A stretch of 42,366 bases of DNA from Oscillospiraceae bacterium (GCA_036647315.1 JAVXKN010000001.1:1-42366), one strand, 5' to 3'; shown: positions 8,319-17,704, counted from the first letter of the stretch. A program made the numbers and translations. The notes: generated by a model from the sequence alone, not told the origin.

Positions 8319-9182
8319 ATGAAACGAGAACTGAACTTTTGGGTAGTGGGCGGCGATATGCGTCAGGTGAAGCTGGCACAGCTTTTGAGCGAGGACGGGC
8401 ACACCGTACATACCTATGGCCTCGAAAGAGCACCGGGCCTTGGAAAAGCGGAAAATCTGGCGGAGATTGTGCGGGCGGACTGCGTCATTTTGCCCCTGCC
8501 GGTGTGGGGGGTGGACGGCGGCCTCAACGCGCCCATGGGGGCAAAAAACTGCAGTCTGACAGAGATTTTGGATGCCCTGCAGCCGGGACAAATCGCCTGT
8601 GGCGGCATGATTCCAGAGGAGCTGATGGAGTATGCAGCGGGGCGTGGCATCACGCTCACGGACTATTTTCTCCGGGAGGAGCTGATCATCGCCACGGCGG
8701 TACCCACCGCCGAGGGGGCGGTGCAGATTGCCTTGGAGGAACTGCCCATCACATTGTCCGGCGCGCGGGTACTGGTGACGGGGTTCGGGCGTGTGGGGAA
8801 GGTGACGGCCCACCGATTTTCAAATTTGGGCGCGCGGGTGACGGTGGCGGCGCGGAATTACGCGGATTTGGCGTGGGCAGATGCCTACGGCTACTGCACC
8901 CAGCGGCTCTGCGATATTGAGCGGTTTTTGTGCGGGTACGACCTGGTGGTAAACACCATCCCGGTCTGCATTTTGGAGGAGCGACACCTTGCGGAGCTTC
9001 GCCCCGGCGCGCTGGTCATCGACCTAGCCTCCAAACCCGGCGGGGTAGATTTTGAGGCGGCGGCAAAGCTGGGCGTTCGGGTGATTTGGGCACTGTCTCT
9101 CCCCGGCAAGGTGGCACCGGTTACAGCAGGTGCCGCCATTCGGGACACGGTGTATCACATTTTGGAAGAATTGGGAGGGTGA
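8319..9182 (+). CDS. dpaA: Dipicolinate synthase subunit A (SpoVFA)
   Basis: MKRELNFWVVGGDMRQVKLAQLL N-terminus and a Rossmann motif VTGFGRVGK. The ATG at 8319 has an AGGGGGG RBS at 8304-8310. The longer track ORF from 8208 lacks an RBS. Confidence 0.8.
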   Translation: MKRELNFWVVGGDMRQVKLAQLLSEDGHTVHTYGLERAPGLGKAENLAEIVRADCVILPLPVWGVDGGLNAPMGAKNCSLTEILDALQPGQIACGGMIPEELMEYAAGRGITLTDYFLREELIIATAVPTAEGAVQIALEELPITLSGARVLVTGFGRVGKVTAHRFSNLGARVTVAARNYADLAWADAYGYCTQRLCDIERFLCGYDLVVNTIPVCILEERHLAELRPGALVIDLASKPGGVDFEAAAKLGVRVIWALSLPGKVAPVTAGAAIRDTVYHILEELGG

Positions 9183-9184
9183 CT

Positions 9185-9775
9185 ATGGAGAAGTTGCACA
9201 TTGGTTTTGCTTTTTGCGGCTCCTTTTGCACCATGCGGGAGGCTCTGGCGGCTCTGGAAGCTACGGCAGTGACCTTTGGGGACGTGACCGCCATCGCGTC
9301 GGAAACCGTGGCCGCCACCGACACCAGATTTGGCACCGCCGCCGATTTTTTGGGCGAGATGGAGCGAATCACGGGGAAGACCGTCATCCGCACCATCAAT
9401 ACCGCCGAGCCCATCGGGCCGAAAAAACTGCTGGACGCGCTGGTGGTGTGCCCCTGCACGGGGAATACTTTGGGCAAGCTGGCCTGCGGCATCACCGACA
9501 CCGCCGTCACCATGGCGGTGAAGGCCCATCTGCGAAACGGCAGGCCGGTGGTACTGTGCATTGCCACCAACGACGGCCTTGCGGCGGCGGCGCAGAATAT
9601 CGGGATGCTATTGCCCCGGAAAAATCTCTATTTTGTCCCCTTCGGGCAGGACGATTACGCCAAAAAACCTGCCTCATTGGTGGCGGACTTCACCCTGGTT
9701 CCGGCCACCCTTGAGGGGGCACTCCGGGGAAAACAGCTTCAGCCGATTTTACTGCGGGAGCAAACCGGAAATTGA
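9185..9775 (+). CDS. dpaB: Dipicolinate synthase subunit B (SpoVFB, flavoprotein)
   Basis: MEKLHIGFAFCGSFCT N-terminus, flavoprotein fold and CPCTGNTLGKLA motif. Starts 2 nt after the dpaA stop. The track ORF from 9086 overlaps dpaA and is an over-extension. Confidence 0.85.
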   Translation: MEKLHIGFAFCGSFCTMREALAALEATAVTFGDVTAIASETVAATDTRFGTAADFLGEMERITGKTVIRTINTAEPIGPKKLLDALVVCPCTGNTLGKLACGITDTAVTMAVKAHLRNGRPVVLCIATNDGLAAAAQNIGMLLPRKNLYFVPFGQDDYAKKPASLVADFTLVPATLEGALRGKQLQPILLREQTGN

Positions 9776-9800
9776 CAAGGTGCCCGTGAGACACTATAAT
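9772..9800 (+). promoter_or_regulatory. Consensus sigma-A promoter for cutC (TTGACA-17 nt-TATAAT)
   Basis: TTGACA at 9772-9777 contains the dpaB stop TGA at 9773-9775. TATAAT is at 9795-9800 and the spacer is 17 nt. Confidence 0.6.
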
Positions 9801-9843
9801 AAAACCAGAGATGCAATTTGAGCAGTTTGAAGGGCGGGAGAAC

Positions 9844-10590
9844 ATGGAAAAGATTCTTTTAGAGGTCTGCTGTGGCAGTGCCGACGACGCTATCGAGGCG
9901 TGGAAGGGCGGGGCCACCAGAGTGGAGCTGAACAGCGACCTGTTTCACGGCGGACTGACCCCCACGGTGGGGGAACTGATTGTCACCAAGCGGGAGACCA
10001 ATTTGACGGTGATGACCATGGTGCGGCCCCGTGAGGGCGGTTTTTGTTACACCAAGGGGGAATTTGCCACCGCGCTGGAAGATGCCAAGCAGCTTTTGGA
10101 GCATGGGGCGGACGGTCTGGTTTTTGGCTTTCTCAATGAGGACAGCACCTTGGACGTGGAGCGCACGAAAATCATGGCGGAGCTGGCCCAAGCGGCAGGC
10201 CGTGAGACCGTGTTCCACCGCGCCATTGATGTGGTGCCCAAATGGAAGGACGCGCTGGAGGTGCTCATCGAACTGGGTATCACCCGGGTTCTCACCAGCG
10301 GTCAGGAGCCCAACGTGCTCTTTGGCACCGATACGGTGCGTGAGATGATTGCCTATGCCGCCGGGCGGATTCAAATTCTCCCCGGCGCGGGGATTACCGC
10401 CAAAAACATGGACAAAATCCGGGCGGAAACCGGCTGTGACCAGATGCATCTGGCGGCTCATAAAATGCGCCTAGACCTCTCCGTCCACAATAACCGCAAC
10501 ATTTTCTACGGCGGTGCCCTCTATCCCCCGGAGGACCGTTACAACGTCACCGACAGGGACTACATCAGCGGAATTGTAGAGCGTCTTTAA
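9844..10590 (+). CDS. cutC: Copper homeostasis protein CutC family
   Basis: MEKILLEVCCGSADDAIEAWKGGATRVELNSDLFHGGLTP matches the CutC TIM-barrel family N-terminus. ATG at 9844. Confidence 0.8.
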   Translation: MEKILLEVCCGSADDAIEAWKGGATRVELNSDLFHGGLTPTVGELIVTKRETNLTVMTMVRPREGGFCYTKGEFATALEDAKQLLEHGADGLVFGFLNEDSTLDVERTKIMAELAQAAGRETVFHRAIDVVPKWKDALEVLIELGITRVLTSGQEPNVLFGTDTVREMIAYAAGRIQILPGAGITAKNMDKIRAETGCDQMHLAAHKMRLDLSVHNNRNIFYGGALYPPEDRYNVTDRDYISGIVERL

Positions 10591-10592
10591 CG

Positions 10593-10644
10593 AAAAAACA
10601 GACCGGCAGACCCACTATGAGTGGGTCTGCCGGTTTTCGTTTTT
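10593..10644. terminator. Bidirectional rho-independent terminator
   Basis: 14-bp stem ACCGGCAGACCCAC/GTGGGTCTGCCGGT (10602-10615 / 10621-10634). An A run lies upstream and TTTCGTTTTT downstream. It sits between convergent cutC and the HAD gene. Confidence 0.85.
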
Positions 10645-10655
10645 GGAGGGCTGAA

Positions 10656-11435
10656 TTAGACGTTGCGCCCGTCCAAAATATCCTGCAGTACGGCGGAGAC
10701 ACTGGTGCAAACGTGCTTTGCGGCGGCCTGCACCTCCGGGGTGGCATCGGACATGGCGTAGGAGTCGCCGGCGCAGCGGAACATGGACACATCGTTGTCA
10801 TTGTCGCCAAACACCAAAATGTCTCGTGGGCTGATGCCCAAATGGGCGGAAATCTGCTCTAAGGCAGAGCCCTTGTGGGCCAGAGTGAAGTCCAGCCAGT
10901 GTTCCCCTGCCACAGCCACATGGAGGTACCGCTCCCACACAGGGGCAAACACCGGCTTGTAGTTTGCGGCATTACCGTGGGTGCAGGCGGAAATTTTGAT
11001 AATCTCCTCCGGGATTTCCGACACATGGTCTATGACCACCACGTTATTTTGCACGACGTTTTGCATATGGTCCAGTACGGCGGAATTTTTGGGGAGCATG
11101 TAGGAGGTATTGGCACCGGAAATCAGCACCTCGCAGTCCGGCTGGGCCACAATTTGGCCGATAAGCTGCCGTGCGTGTTCAAGGGGCAGGGGGGTCTTTG
11201 AGAGAATTTTGTCCTCCTCAAAGACAATGGAGCCGTTTTCGCAGATGAAAAGCACCCGGTCTGCTACCGGGGCGAAGAGCCGCTTTAGACTGCTGTACTG
11301 CCGCCCGCTGGCGACGCAGAAGCGGATGCCCTTTGCCTCAAGCTGGTGGATTTGGGAGAAAATCAGTGGGTCGATGTGTTGGGCACGGTCCAATAACAGG
11401 GTGCCGTCCACATCGCTGGCAATCAGTTTAATCAT
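10656..11435 (-). CDS. Cof-type HAD-IIB family sugar phosphatase
   Basis: Motif I DVDGTLL at the N-terminus, SGRQY, and GDNDNDVSM motif IV. 259 aa. The start overlaps the AraC gene stop by 8 nt (ATGATTAA). Confidence 0.8.
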   Translation of the reverse strand: MIKLIASDVDGTLLLDRAQHIDPLIFSQIHQLEAKGIRFCVASGRQYSSLKRLFAPVADRVLFICENGSIVFEEDKILSKTPLPLEHARQLIGQIVAQPDCEVLISGANTSYMLPKNSAVLDHMQNVVQNNVVVIDHVSEIPEEIIKISACTHGNAANYKPVFAPVWERYLHVAVAGEHWLDFTLAHKGSALEQISAHLGISPRDILVFGDNDNDVSMFRCAGDSYAMSDATPEVQAAAKHVCTSVSAVLQDILDGRNV

Positions 11436-12303
11436 GATAAGTTCCTTCCGGCGCGGAGGCCTGCGCGCTTCTAAATTTTTTGGCGGATACGCCCTTGTAT
11501 TTGCGAAAGGCCCGTGTGAAATAGCTTACGTCGTTAAAGCCACAGGAGAGGGCGATGTCGGTGACGGTGGCATCGGTGAGGCAGAGCTGTTCGCAGGCAC
11601 ATTCCACCCGGTAATAGTTGAGATAGTCCACCGGGGTGCGGCCTGTAATCTGGCGAAAGGCGCGGCAAAAGTATTTTGGTGCCATCCCCGCCTCAGCGGC
11701 TAAGTCATCCAGTGTGAGCGGTTCATTGTAGTCCTGACGAATACGCCGCAGGGCCCTTTTCATGGCCTCTGTCCGCTTGTCACGGGTGGGTATCGGCGGG
11801 TGTGGCAGTGCCGCATGGGATTCTACCAGCAGCCCCATCAGCTGCCACAGCAGGCCGGTGGTGGCAAACTCGTACCCCGGTCGCTCCCCCTGTATCACCA
11901 CGGTGAGGGCACCAATCAGCTGTTCCTCCCGGCTACCCTTTGGAAAAATAAGGGGCCGCTGAATGGCGTAGCTTAAAATCTCACTCTGAGTTTGGCGGCC
12001 GATGGTGTTTCCTTGCAAAAATCGTCCGAAGTCGAAGACCACGCACTCGTAGACACAGTCCACCGGCGTGCCCCCGTGGAGCACCCCCTCCGGGATCAGT
12101 GCGGCACTGCCGGCCTCTAAAATTTGGGTGGCGGCATCCATGGAGATGGTGAGGGTGCCGCGCTGCACCATAATCAGTTCGCACTCCATGTGCCAGTGAA
12201 AGGGCATCATATAGCGGGGGTGGGTGGGGTCCACATAGTGGTACTCAATGGGAAAATTAAAAGTGCCCCGCTGCTTGTTCTCATGGTAGGCCAGATATTT
12301 CAT
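11428..12303 (-). CDS. AraC family transcriptional regulator (cupin sensor + HTH_AraC)
   Basis: N-terminal cupin/AraC-binding region (PFHWHMECELIMVQRG) and a C-terminal double HTH (YFCRAFRQITGRTPVDY ... VSYFTRAFRKYKGVSAKKFR). It is divergent from fucU. Confidence 0.85.
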   Translation of the reverse strand: MKYLAYHENKQRGTFNFPIEYHYVDPTHPRYMMPFHWHMECELIMVQRGTLTISMDAATQILEAGSAALIPEGVLHGGTPVDCVYECVVFDFGRFLQGNTIGRQTQSEILSYAIQRPLIFPKGSREEQLIGALTVVIQGERPGYEFATTGLLWQLMGLLVESHAALPHPPIPTRDKRTEAMKRALRRIRQDYNEPLTLDDLAAEAGMAPKYFCRAFRQITGRTPVDYLNYYRVECACEQLCLTDATVTDIALSCGFNDVSYFTRAFRKYKGVSAKKFRSAQASAPEGTYHD

Positions 12304-12354
12304 GGTTTCCTCCCTGCAAAGTGAATATCGTCTTATTGATTGCTATTATAAACC

Positions 12355-12383
12355 TTGATTAATCTGATTTGCAACTGTATAAT
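12355..12383 (+). promoter_or_regulatory. Sigma-A type promoter of the fucU-kinase-fucI operon (TTGATT-17 nt-TATAAT)
   Basis: TTGATT at 12355-12360 and TATAAT at 12378-12383, with a 17-nt spacer. The AGGAGG RBS is at 12421-12426 and the ATG at 12435. Confidence 0.55.
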
Positions 12384-12434
12384 GCAAGTATGGGTGGGGA
12401 ATCTCCCCACAAAACTGAATAGGAGGAGTCGTAT

Positions 12435-12869
12435 ATGCTGAAAAACATTCCATCTATCCTCTCTCCCGAGCTGCTCAAAGTGCTCATGGAGATGGGACAC
12501 GGGGACGAGCTGGTGATTGGCGACGGTAACTTTCCTGCTGAAAGCATGGGGAAGGATGCCATTGTAATTCGCGCGGACGGCCATGGTGTGCCTGAACTGC
12601 TGGACGCGATTCTCCAACTGATGCCTCTGGACCCGTACAGCGAAAAGCCGGTAGGTCTCATGGAAGTTGTCCCCGGCGACCCCGTCGTGCCGGAAATCTG
12701 GGACACCTACAAGAAAATCCTCAAAAAGCACGACCCCGACCATTGCGCCATTGAGATGATTGAGCGGTTTGCCTTCTACGAGCGCGCCAAAAAGGTGTAC
12801 GCCATCGTGGAGTCCGGCGAGACCGCCATCTACGCTAACATTTTGCTCAAGAAAGGCGTGGTGAAGTAA
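12435..12869 (+). CDS. fucU: L-fucose mutarotase (RbsD/FucU family)
   Basis: 144 aa. LSPELLKVLMEMGHGDELVIGDGNFP and the C-terminal YANILLKKGVV are typical of FucU. Confidence 0.85.
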   Translation: MLKNIPSILSPELLKVLMEMGHGDELVIGDGNFPAESMGKDAIVIRADGHGVPELLDAILQLMPLDPYSEKPVGLMEVVPGDPVVPEIWDTYKKILKKHDPDHCAIEMIERFAFYERAKKVYAIVESGETAIYANILLKKGVVK

Positions 12870-14297
12870 ATGGGCGGGAAGAACGTACTGGCATTCGACT
12901 TCGGTGCCTCCAGCGGACGCGCCATTCTTGCCACCTACGAAAACGGCGGCTTGACCTACCGTGAAATCCATCGCTTTGAAAACAACCCTGTGGAACGGGA
13001 CGGCACCCTCTATTGGGACTTTGAAACGCTGCTGGCAGAGGTGCGTATCGGCATCCAGAAGGCCGGGGAGTTCGACAGCATCGGGTTCGATACTTGGGGC
13101 GTGGACTTCGGTCTGCTGGACAGTGACGGCAAGTTGCTGCAAAACCCCGTCCACTACCGGGACACCCGTACCTTGGGTATGGCGGAAAGAGCCGGGGCAA
13201 TCATGGACGCAAAAACCCTCTACGGCAAGACCGGCAACCAAATTATGGACATGAACAGTCTCTTCCAGTTGCTGGCTATTCAGGAAAAACACCCGGAGTT
13301 GCTAGAAAAAGCCAAGACCCTGCTCTTTATGCCGGATTTGTTCGCCTATATGGTGAGCGGTACCGCCTCCTGCGAGACCAGCATCGCCTCCACCAGCCAA
13401 ATGCTGAACCCTGCCACGGGAAAGTGGAGCGGTGACGTGTTGCGGGCCTATGGTATTTCTGAAAACCTGCTCCTCCCCACCGTGCCCAGTGGAACGGTGA
13501 TTGGTAGCGTTGGAAACGCCAAAATGGTGGCGGTGGCCGGCCACGATACCCAGTGCGCCGTGGCGGCAGTACCCACCCAGCGTGACGACGTAGCCTTCCT
13601 CTCCTGCGGCACTTGGAGCCTTTTAGGCACCGAGATGGACAGGCCCATTTTAAGCGAAAAGAGCCTAGAGCTGAACCTTTCCAACGAATTGGGCGTAGGC
13701 GGCAAGGTGAACTACTTAAAGAATATCATCGGCCTGTGGCTGGTGCAGGAGAGCCGCCGTCAGTGGCGGCGTGAAGGCCATGAGTACGGCTTTTCCGAGT
13801 TGGATGTGTTAGCCAAAGAAGCGGTGCCCCTCCAAAGCTTCATTGACCCGGATGCCCCGGAGTTTACCCCTCCCGGCGATATGCCCGGTCGCGTCAGAGA
13901 GTTCTGCCGCCGGACAGGCCAGAAGGTCCCGGAGACTGTGGGACAAGTGATGCGCTGCATCTACGACAGCTTGGCACTGAAATACCGCTACACGCTGGAG
14001 ATGATGCAGGAGGCCACTGGAAAACACTTCTCCGCCCTCCATCTGCTGGGCGGCGGTGCCAACAGTAAGCTTTTGTGCCAGTTTACCGCCAGCAGCTGCA
14101 ATCTCCCCGTCATTGCAGGGCCTGTGGAGGCAACAGCACTGGGCAACATCATCATCCAGCTCATCGCTTTGGGCGAGATCAAAAATCTGGCGGAGGGACG
14201 AGCCCTCATCGCCGCCACAGAAACACTTGTAGACTATGCGCCTGCTGACTCGGGCGCGTGGGATAAGGCGTACAGTGCCTACAAAACCATACTATAA
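12870..14297 (+). CDS. FGGY carbohydrate kinase of the rhamnulokinase (RhaB) family; fuculokinase by context
   Basis: The N-terminus VLAFDFGASSGRAILATYENGGLTYREIHRFENNPVERDGTLYWDFETLL closely resembles E. coli RhaB rather than E. coli FucK. The ATG directly abuts the fucU stop, and the gene sits between fucU and fucI. Confidence 0.8.
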   Translation: MGGKNVLAFDFGASSGRAILATYENGGLTYREIHRFENNPVERDGTLYWDFETLLAEVRIGIQKAGEFDSIGFDTWGVDFGLLDSDGKLLQNPVHYRDTRTLGMAERAGAIMDAKTLYGKTGNQIMDMNSLFQLLAIQEKHPELLEKAKTLLFMPDLFAYMVSGTASCETSIASTSQMLNPATGKWSGDVLRAYGISENLLLPTVPSGTVIGSVGNAKMVAVAGHDTQCAVAAVPTQRDDVAFLSCGTWSLLGTEMDRPILSEKSLELNLSNELGVGGKVNYLKNIIGLWLVQESRRQWRREGHEYGFSELDVLAKEAVPLQSFIDPDAPEFTPPGDMPGRVREFCRRTGQKVPETVGQVMRCIYDSLALKYRYTLEMMQEATGKHFSALHLLGGGANSKLLCQFTASSCNLPVIAGPVEATALGNIIIQLIALGEIKNLAEGRALIAATETLVDYAPADSGAWDKAYSAYKTIL

Positions 14298-14315
14298 TTG
14301 AAGGAGGAAGAAACT

Positions 14316-16100
14316 ATGTTGTATCCAAAAATTGGTATTCGACCCACCATTGACGGCCGCTGGGGCGGCGTTCGCGAGGGCCTAGAAGCCCAGACCATGG
14401 GCATGGCAACCAGTGCCGCTAAGCTCATCAGCGAAAACCTGCGCTATCCCGATGGCACCCCCGTCCAGTGCGTTATCAGCAATACCACCATCGGTGGCGG
14501 TGCTGAGGCCGCCGCCTGTGCTGACCAGTTCGCCACAGAGAACGTGGTAGCCACCCTCACCGTCACCCCCTGCTGGTGCTACGGCAGCGAGACCTTCGAC
14601 ATGGACCCCCAGACCATCAAAGCCGTGTGGGGCTTCAACGGCACAGAGCGTCCCGGCGCAGTCTATCTGGCCGCCGTTCTGGCAGCTTACGCCCAGAAGG
14701 GCCTTCCCGCCTTTAGCATTTACGGCCACGATGTGCAGGACATGGCCGACACCAGCATCCCCGACGACGTGTCGGAAAAAATTCTCCGTTTTGCCCGTAG
14801 CTCCGTGGTGGTGGGCTGGATGAAGAACAAGGCCTATGTGAATCTGGGCGGCGTAGCCATGGGTATTGCCGGCAGCTTCTGCGATGCCTCCATGTTCCAA
14901 AAGTATTTTGGCATCCGCGCCGAGTGGGTGGACATGACGGAAATCATCCGCCGCATCACCTTAGGCATTTACGACCCCACCGAGTACGAAAAGGCCTTTG
15001 CTTGGATTAAAGCCAACTGCAAGGAGGGCACCGACTTTAACGCCGGCAAGAAGCTCCCCGAGATTATCACCAAATCCAAGGTAGTTCCCGCCGACAGAGA
15101 CTGGGAATTCATCACCAAAATGACCATGGTTATGCGCGACATTCTCTTCGGCAACCCTGCGCTGGACGCACTGGGCTGGCACGAAGAGGCACTGGGCCGC
15201 AATGCAGTGGCCGGCGGTTTCCAGGGTCAGCGTCAGTGGACCGACTGGCTGCCCAACGCCGACTTTACCGAGGCGATTATGGCCTCCACCTTCGACTGGA
15301 ATGGCGCGAAAATGCCCACTCCGTTCGCCACCGAGAACGACACCATGAACGGCGTCGCCATGATGCTGGGCTCTCTCGTGAGCCACAGCGCGCCCTGCTT
15401 CCACGACGTGCGCACCTACTGGAGCCCGGAGGCCTGCCAGCGCGTCACTGGCCACAAGCCCACCGGTGTTGCCAAGGACGGCTTTATCCACCTGATTAAC
15501 TCCGGTGCTACCGCACTGGACGGCAGCGGTGTCTGCGTGAACGAAAAGGGCGAGCATGTGATGAAGCCCTTCTGGGACATGAAGGACAAGGACATTAAGG
15601 CCTGCACCGATGCCACCGATTGGCGTCGTGCCAACTATGAGTACTTCCGTGGCGGCGGGTTCTCCAGCCACTTCCGCTGTGCCGCTGAAATGCCTGTCAC
15701 CATGCTCCGCGCCAACGTGGTGGAGGGCATTGGCCCCGTCCTGCAGATTGCAGAGGGCTATACCGCCAACCTGCCCGACGACATTCACAATGTGATTGAC
15801 CCCCGGACCGATCCCGGCTGGCCCACCACTTGGTTTGCTCCCACCCTCACCGGCCACGGTGCCTTTAAGGATGTATACAGCGTGATGGCAAACTGGGGTG
15901 CTAACCACGGTGTCACCGTCTACGGCCATGTGGGCGCAGACCTCATCACCTTGGCCTCCATGCTCCGCATCCCTGTCACCATGCACAACGTGGCTCCTGA
16001 GAAGGTCTATCGCCCCCACGCATGGGCAGCCTTCGGCACCGAAGACTTGGAGTCCGCCGACTACAAGGCCTGCGCGGCTTATGGTCCTCTCTACAAATAA
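14316..16100 (+). CDS. fucI: L-fucose isomerase
   Basis: ~594 aa from the ATG at 14316 (AAGGAGG RBS at 14301-14307). MLYPKIGIRPTIDGRWGGVREGLE and overall length and sequence fit the FucI family. Confidence 0.9.
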   Translation: MLYPKIGIRPTIDGRWGGVREGLEAQTMGMATSAAKLISENLRYPDGTPVQCVISNTTIGGGAEAAACADQFATENVVATLTVTPCWCYGSETFDMDPQTIKAVWGFNGTERPGAVYLAAVLAAYAQKGLPAFSIYGHDVQDMADTSIPDDVSEKILRFARSSVVVGWMKNKAYVNLGGVAMGIAGSFCDASMFQKYFGIRAEWVDMTEIIRRITLGIYDPTEYEKAFAWIKANCKEGTDFNAGKKLPEIITKSKVVPADRDWEFITKMTMVMRDILFGNPALDALGWHEEALGRNAVAGGFQGQRQWTDWLPNADFTEAIMASTFDWNGAKMPTPFATENDTMNGVAMMLGSLVSHSAPCFHDVRTYWSPEACQRVTGHKPTGVAKDGFIHLINSGATALDGSGVCVNEKGEHVMKPFWDMKDKDIKACTDATDWRRANYEYFRGGGFSSHFRCAAEMPVTMLRANVVEGIGPVLQIAEGYTANLPDDIHNVIDPRTDPGWPTTWFAPTLTGHGAFKDVYSVMANWGANHGVTVYGHVGADLITLASMLRIPVTMHNVAPEKVYRPHAWAAFGTEDLESADYKACAAYGPLYK

Positions 16101-16116
16101 GTAGAATTTTCTCTAC

Positions 16117-16159
16117 ATCGGGCGGTGTCGCAAGTGATTGCGACACCGCCCGATTTTTA
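16117..16159 (+). terminator. Rho-independent terminator of the fucU-kinase-fucI operon
   Basis: 17-bp perfect stem ATCGGGCGGTGTCGCAA/TTGCGACACCGCCCGAT (16117-16133 / 16138-16154) with a GTGA loop, followed by TTTTAT. Confidence 0.9.
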
Positions 16160-16246
16160 TGTTCTTCTGGTGTTTTGCGGGGAAAAGTGATATGATAAGC
16201 AGGATAAAATACAGACTGTTTGACGGTCTACCTTGGGAGGTGCCCT

Positions 16247-17641
16247 ATGCTGACCTATGATTTATCCCGCAGGGGAGAACTGCCCCTTTACGCCTACCTC
16301 TACCGCTGCATTCGGGCGGATATTTTGGAGGGCCGACTGCCCGCAGGGGAGAAGCTGCCCTCTAAGCGGACGCTGGCAGAGCATCTGCACATCAGCGAGC
16401 AGACGGCAGAGCGGGTGTACGGCCAGTTGGTGGCGGAGGGATACCTCATCGCCAAACGCTGCAGCGGCCACTATGTGGCACAGGTGGAGCTGCGTCCGGC
16501 AGGAGAAACGCCCCCTCAAAAGTCCCGGAATACGACGGAGGCCCGACCTTTCCGCCTAGACCTCTCCTCCAATTTTAGCGGCGGGGAGAAATTTCCCTTT
16601 GCCACTTGGGGCAAGCTGATGCGTCGGGTACTCTCCGAGCAGGATAGGGCACTGCTGATGGACGTGCCCAATACCGGCGTGACGGCACTGCGTGAGGCCA
16701 TCGCCCGACACCTCCACTCCTTTCGTGGCATCACGGTCTCGCCGGACCAAATTGTCATTGGTGCCGGCGCGGAATATCTCTATCAAATTCTCATTCAGCT
16801 TCTGGGGCGCAGCAGGGTAGTGGGCATCGAAAATCCGGGCTACCGCAAAATCGGCGCGGTGTACGCCGGCAACGATGTGCGCTGTCTGCCGCTGTCACTG
16901 GATTTGGAGGGTGTCATTCTGCCGACGGAAAAAGATAGCGCGGTAAAAACCCTCCACGTTTCCCCCTCCCACCACTATCCCACCGGCATTGTCATGTCCC
17001 CCAATCGGCGCAGAGCCCTCCTTCAGTGGGCCTACGGAGGAGCGGACCGCATGATTTTAGAGGATGATTACGACAGCGAGTTTCGCTTTGCCGGCAGACC
17101 CATCGAGCCGCTGATGGCAATGGATACACAGGAGCGGGTGATTTACCTCAATACCTTCTCCCAGACCATCGCGCCGGCCATGCGTATCAGCTACATGGTT
17201 CTGCCCCCCCATCTGATGGAACGTTATCAGCGTACCCTCGGCTTTTACGCCTGCCCGGTGCCCAGTTTTGAGCAGCATACGCTGGCGGCTTTTCTGGACG
17301 GGGGGTACTTTGAACAGCACCTCAACCGTATGCGTAACTACTACAAGGCAAAGCGTGAAATGGTGCTGACAGCCTTCCGTGCCAGCAGCTTTGCAGACAG
17401 AATCACCCTCACGGAGTACGGCGCGGGGCTGCATTTTTTGCTCCATGTGGACACCAAAGAATCCTGTGAAATGCTCAAAAAGCGGGCGGAGGAACGGTCC
17501 GTGCGGCTGGCTTTTTTGCGGGATTTCTATGAACAGGGCAGTGGGCAAGTGGATGAGCACACCCTGGTGGTGAATTACGCGGGGCTGGACAGCACCCAGA
17601 TGGCGGAGAATATGGCACTGCTGGCGGAAATTTTAGGCTGA
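16247..17641 (+). CDS. MocR/PdxR-type regulator (GntR wHTH fused to a fold-type I aminotransferase-like domain)
   Basis: N-terminal GntR HTH (LPSKRTLAEHLHISEQTAERVYGQLVAEGYLIAKRCSGHYV) and a long aminotransferase-like C-terminal domain. ATG at 16247. Confidence 0.85.
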   Translation: MLTYDLSRRGELPLYAYLYRCIRADILEGRLPAGEKLPSKRTLAEHLHISEQTAERVYGQLVAEGYLIAKRCSGHYVAQVELRPAGETPPQKSRNTTEARPFRLDLSSNFSGGEKFPFATWGKLMRRVLSEQDRALLMDVPNTGVTALREAIARHLHSFRGITVSPDQIVIGAGAEYLYQILIQLLGRSRVVGIENPGYRKIGAVYAGNDVRCLPLSLDLEGVILPTEKDSAVKTLHVSPSHHYPTGIVMSPNRRRALLQWAYGGADRMILEDDYDSEFRFAGRPIEPLMAMDTQERVIYLNTFSQTIAPAMRISYMVLPPHLMERYQRTLGFYACPVPSFEQHTLAAFLDGGYFEQHLNRMRNYYKAKREMVLTAFRASSFADRITLTEYGAGLHFLLHVDTKESCEMLKKRAEERSVRLAFLRDFYEQGSGQVDEHTLVVNYAGLDSTQMAENMALLAEILG

Positions 17642-17648
17642 ATGATAT

Positions 17649-17686
17649 AAAAAGTGCTCACAGTTATAAACTGTGAGCACTTTTTC
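17649..17686. terminator. Bidirectional rho-independent terminator
   Basis: Stem AAAAGTGCTCACAG/CTGTGAGCACTTTT (17650-17663 / 17671-17684), between the convergent MocR and sensor-operon genes. Confidence 0.85.
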
Positions 17687-17704
17687 ATATGCTATGGGTG
17701 AGGT

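Noticed and set aside
12333-13292. 319-aa ORF on the minus strand across fucU and the kinase gene
   Set aside because: It is antisense to two genes with clear family signatures. It has no RBS and a low-complexity, His/Val/Gly-rich translation typical of antisense frames in GC-rich, codon-biased genes.
16247-17641. MocR-type regulator as a fourth regulator of the fucose island
   Set aside because: It is bracketed by strong terminators on both sides and is not divergent from any island operon. MocR proteins usually control PLP or aminotransferase-related genes. Nothing in the sequence links it to fucose, so it is left as a neighbour only.
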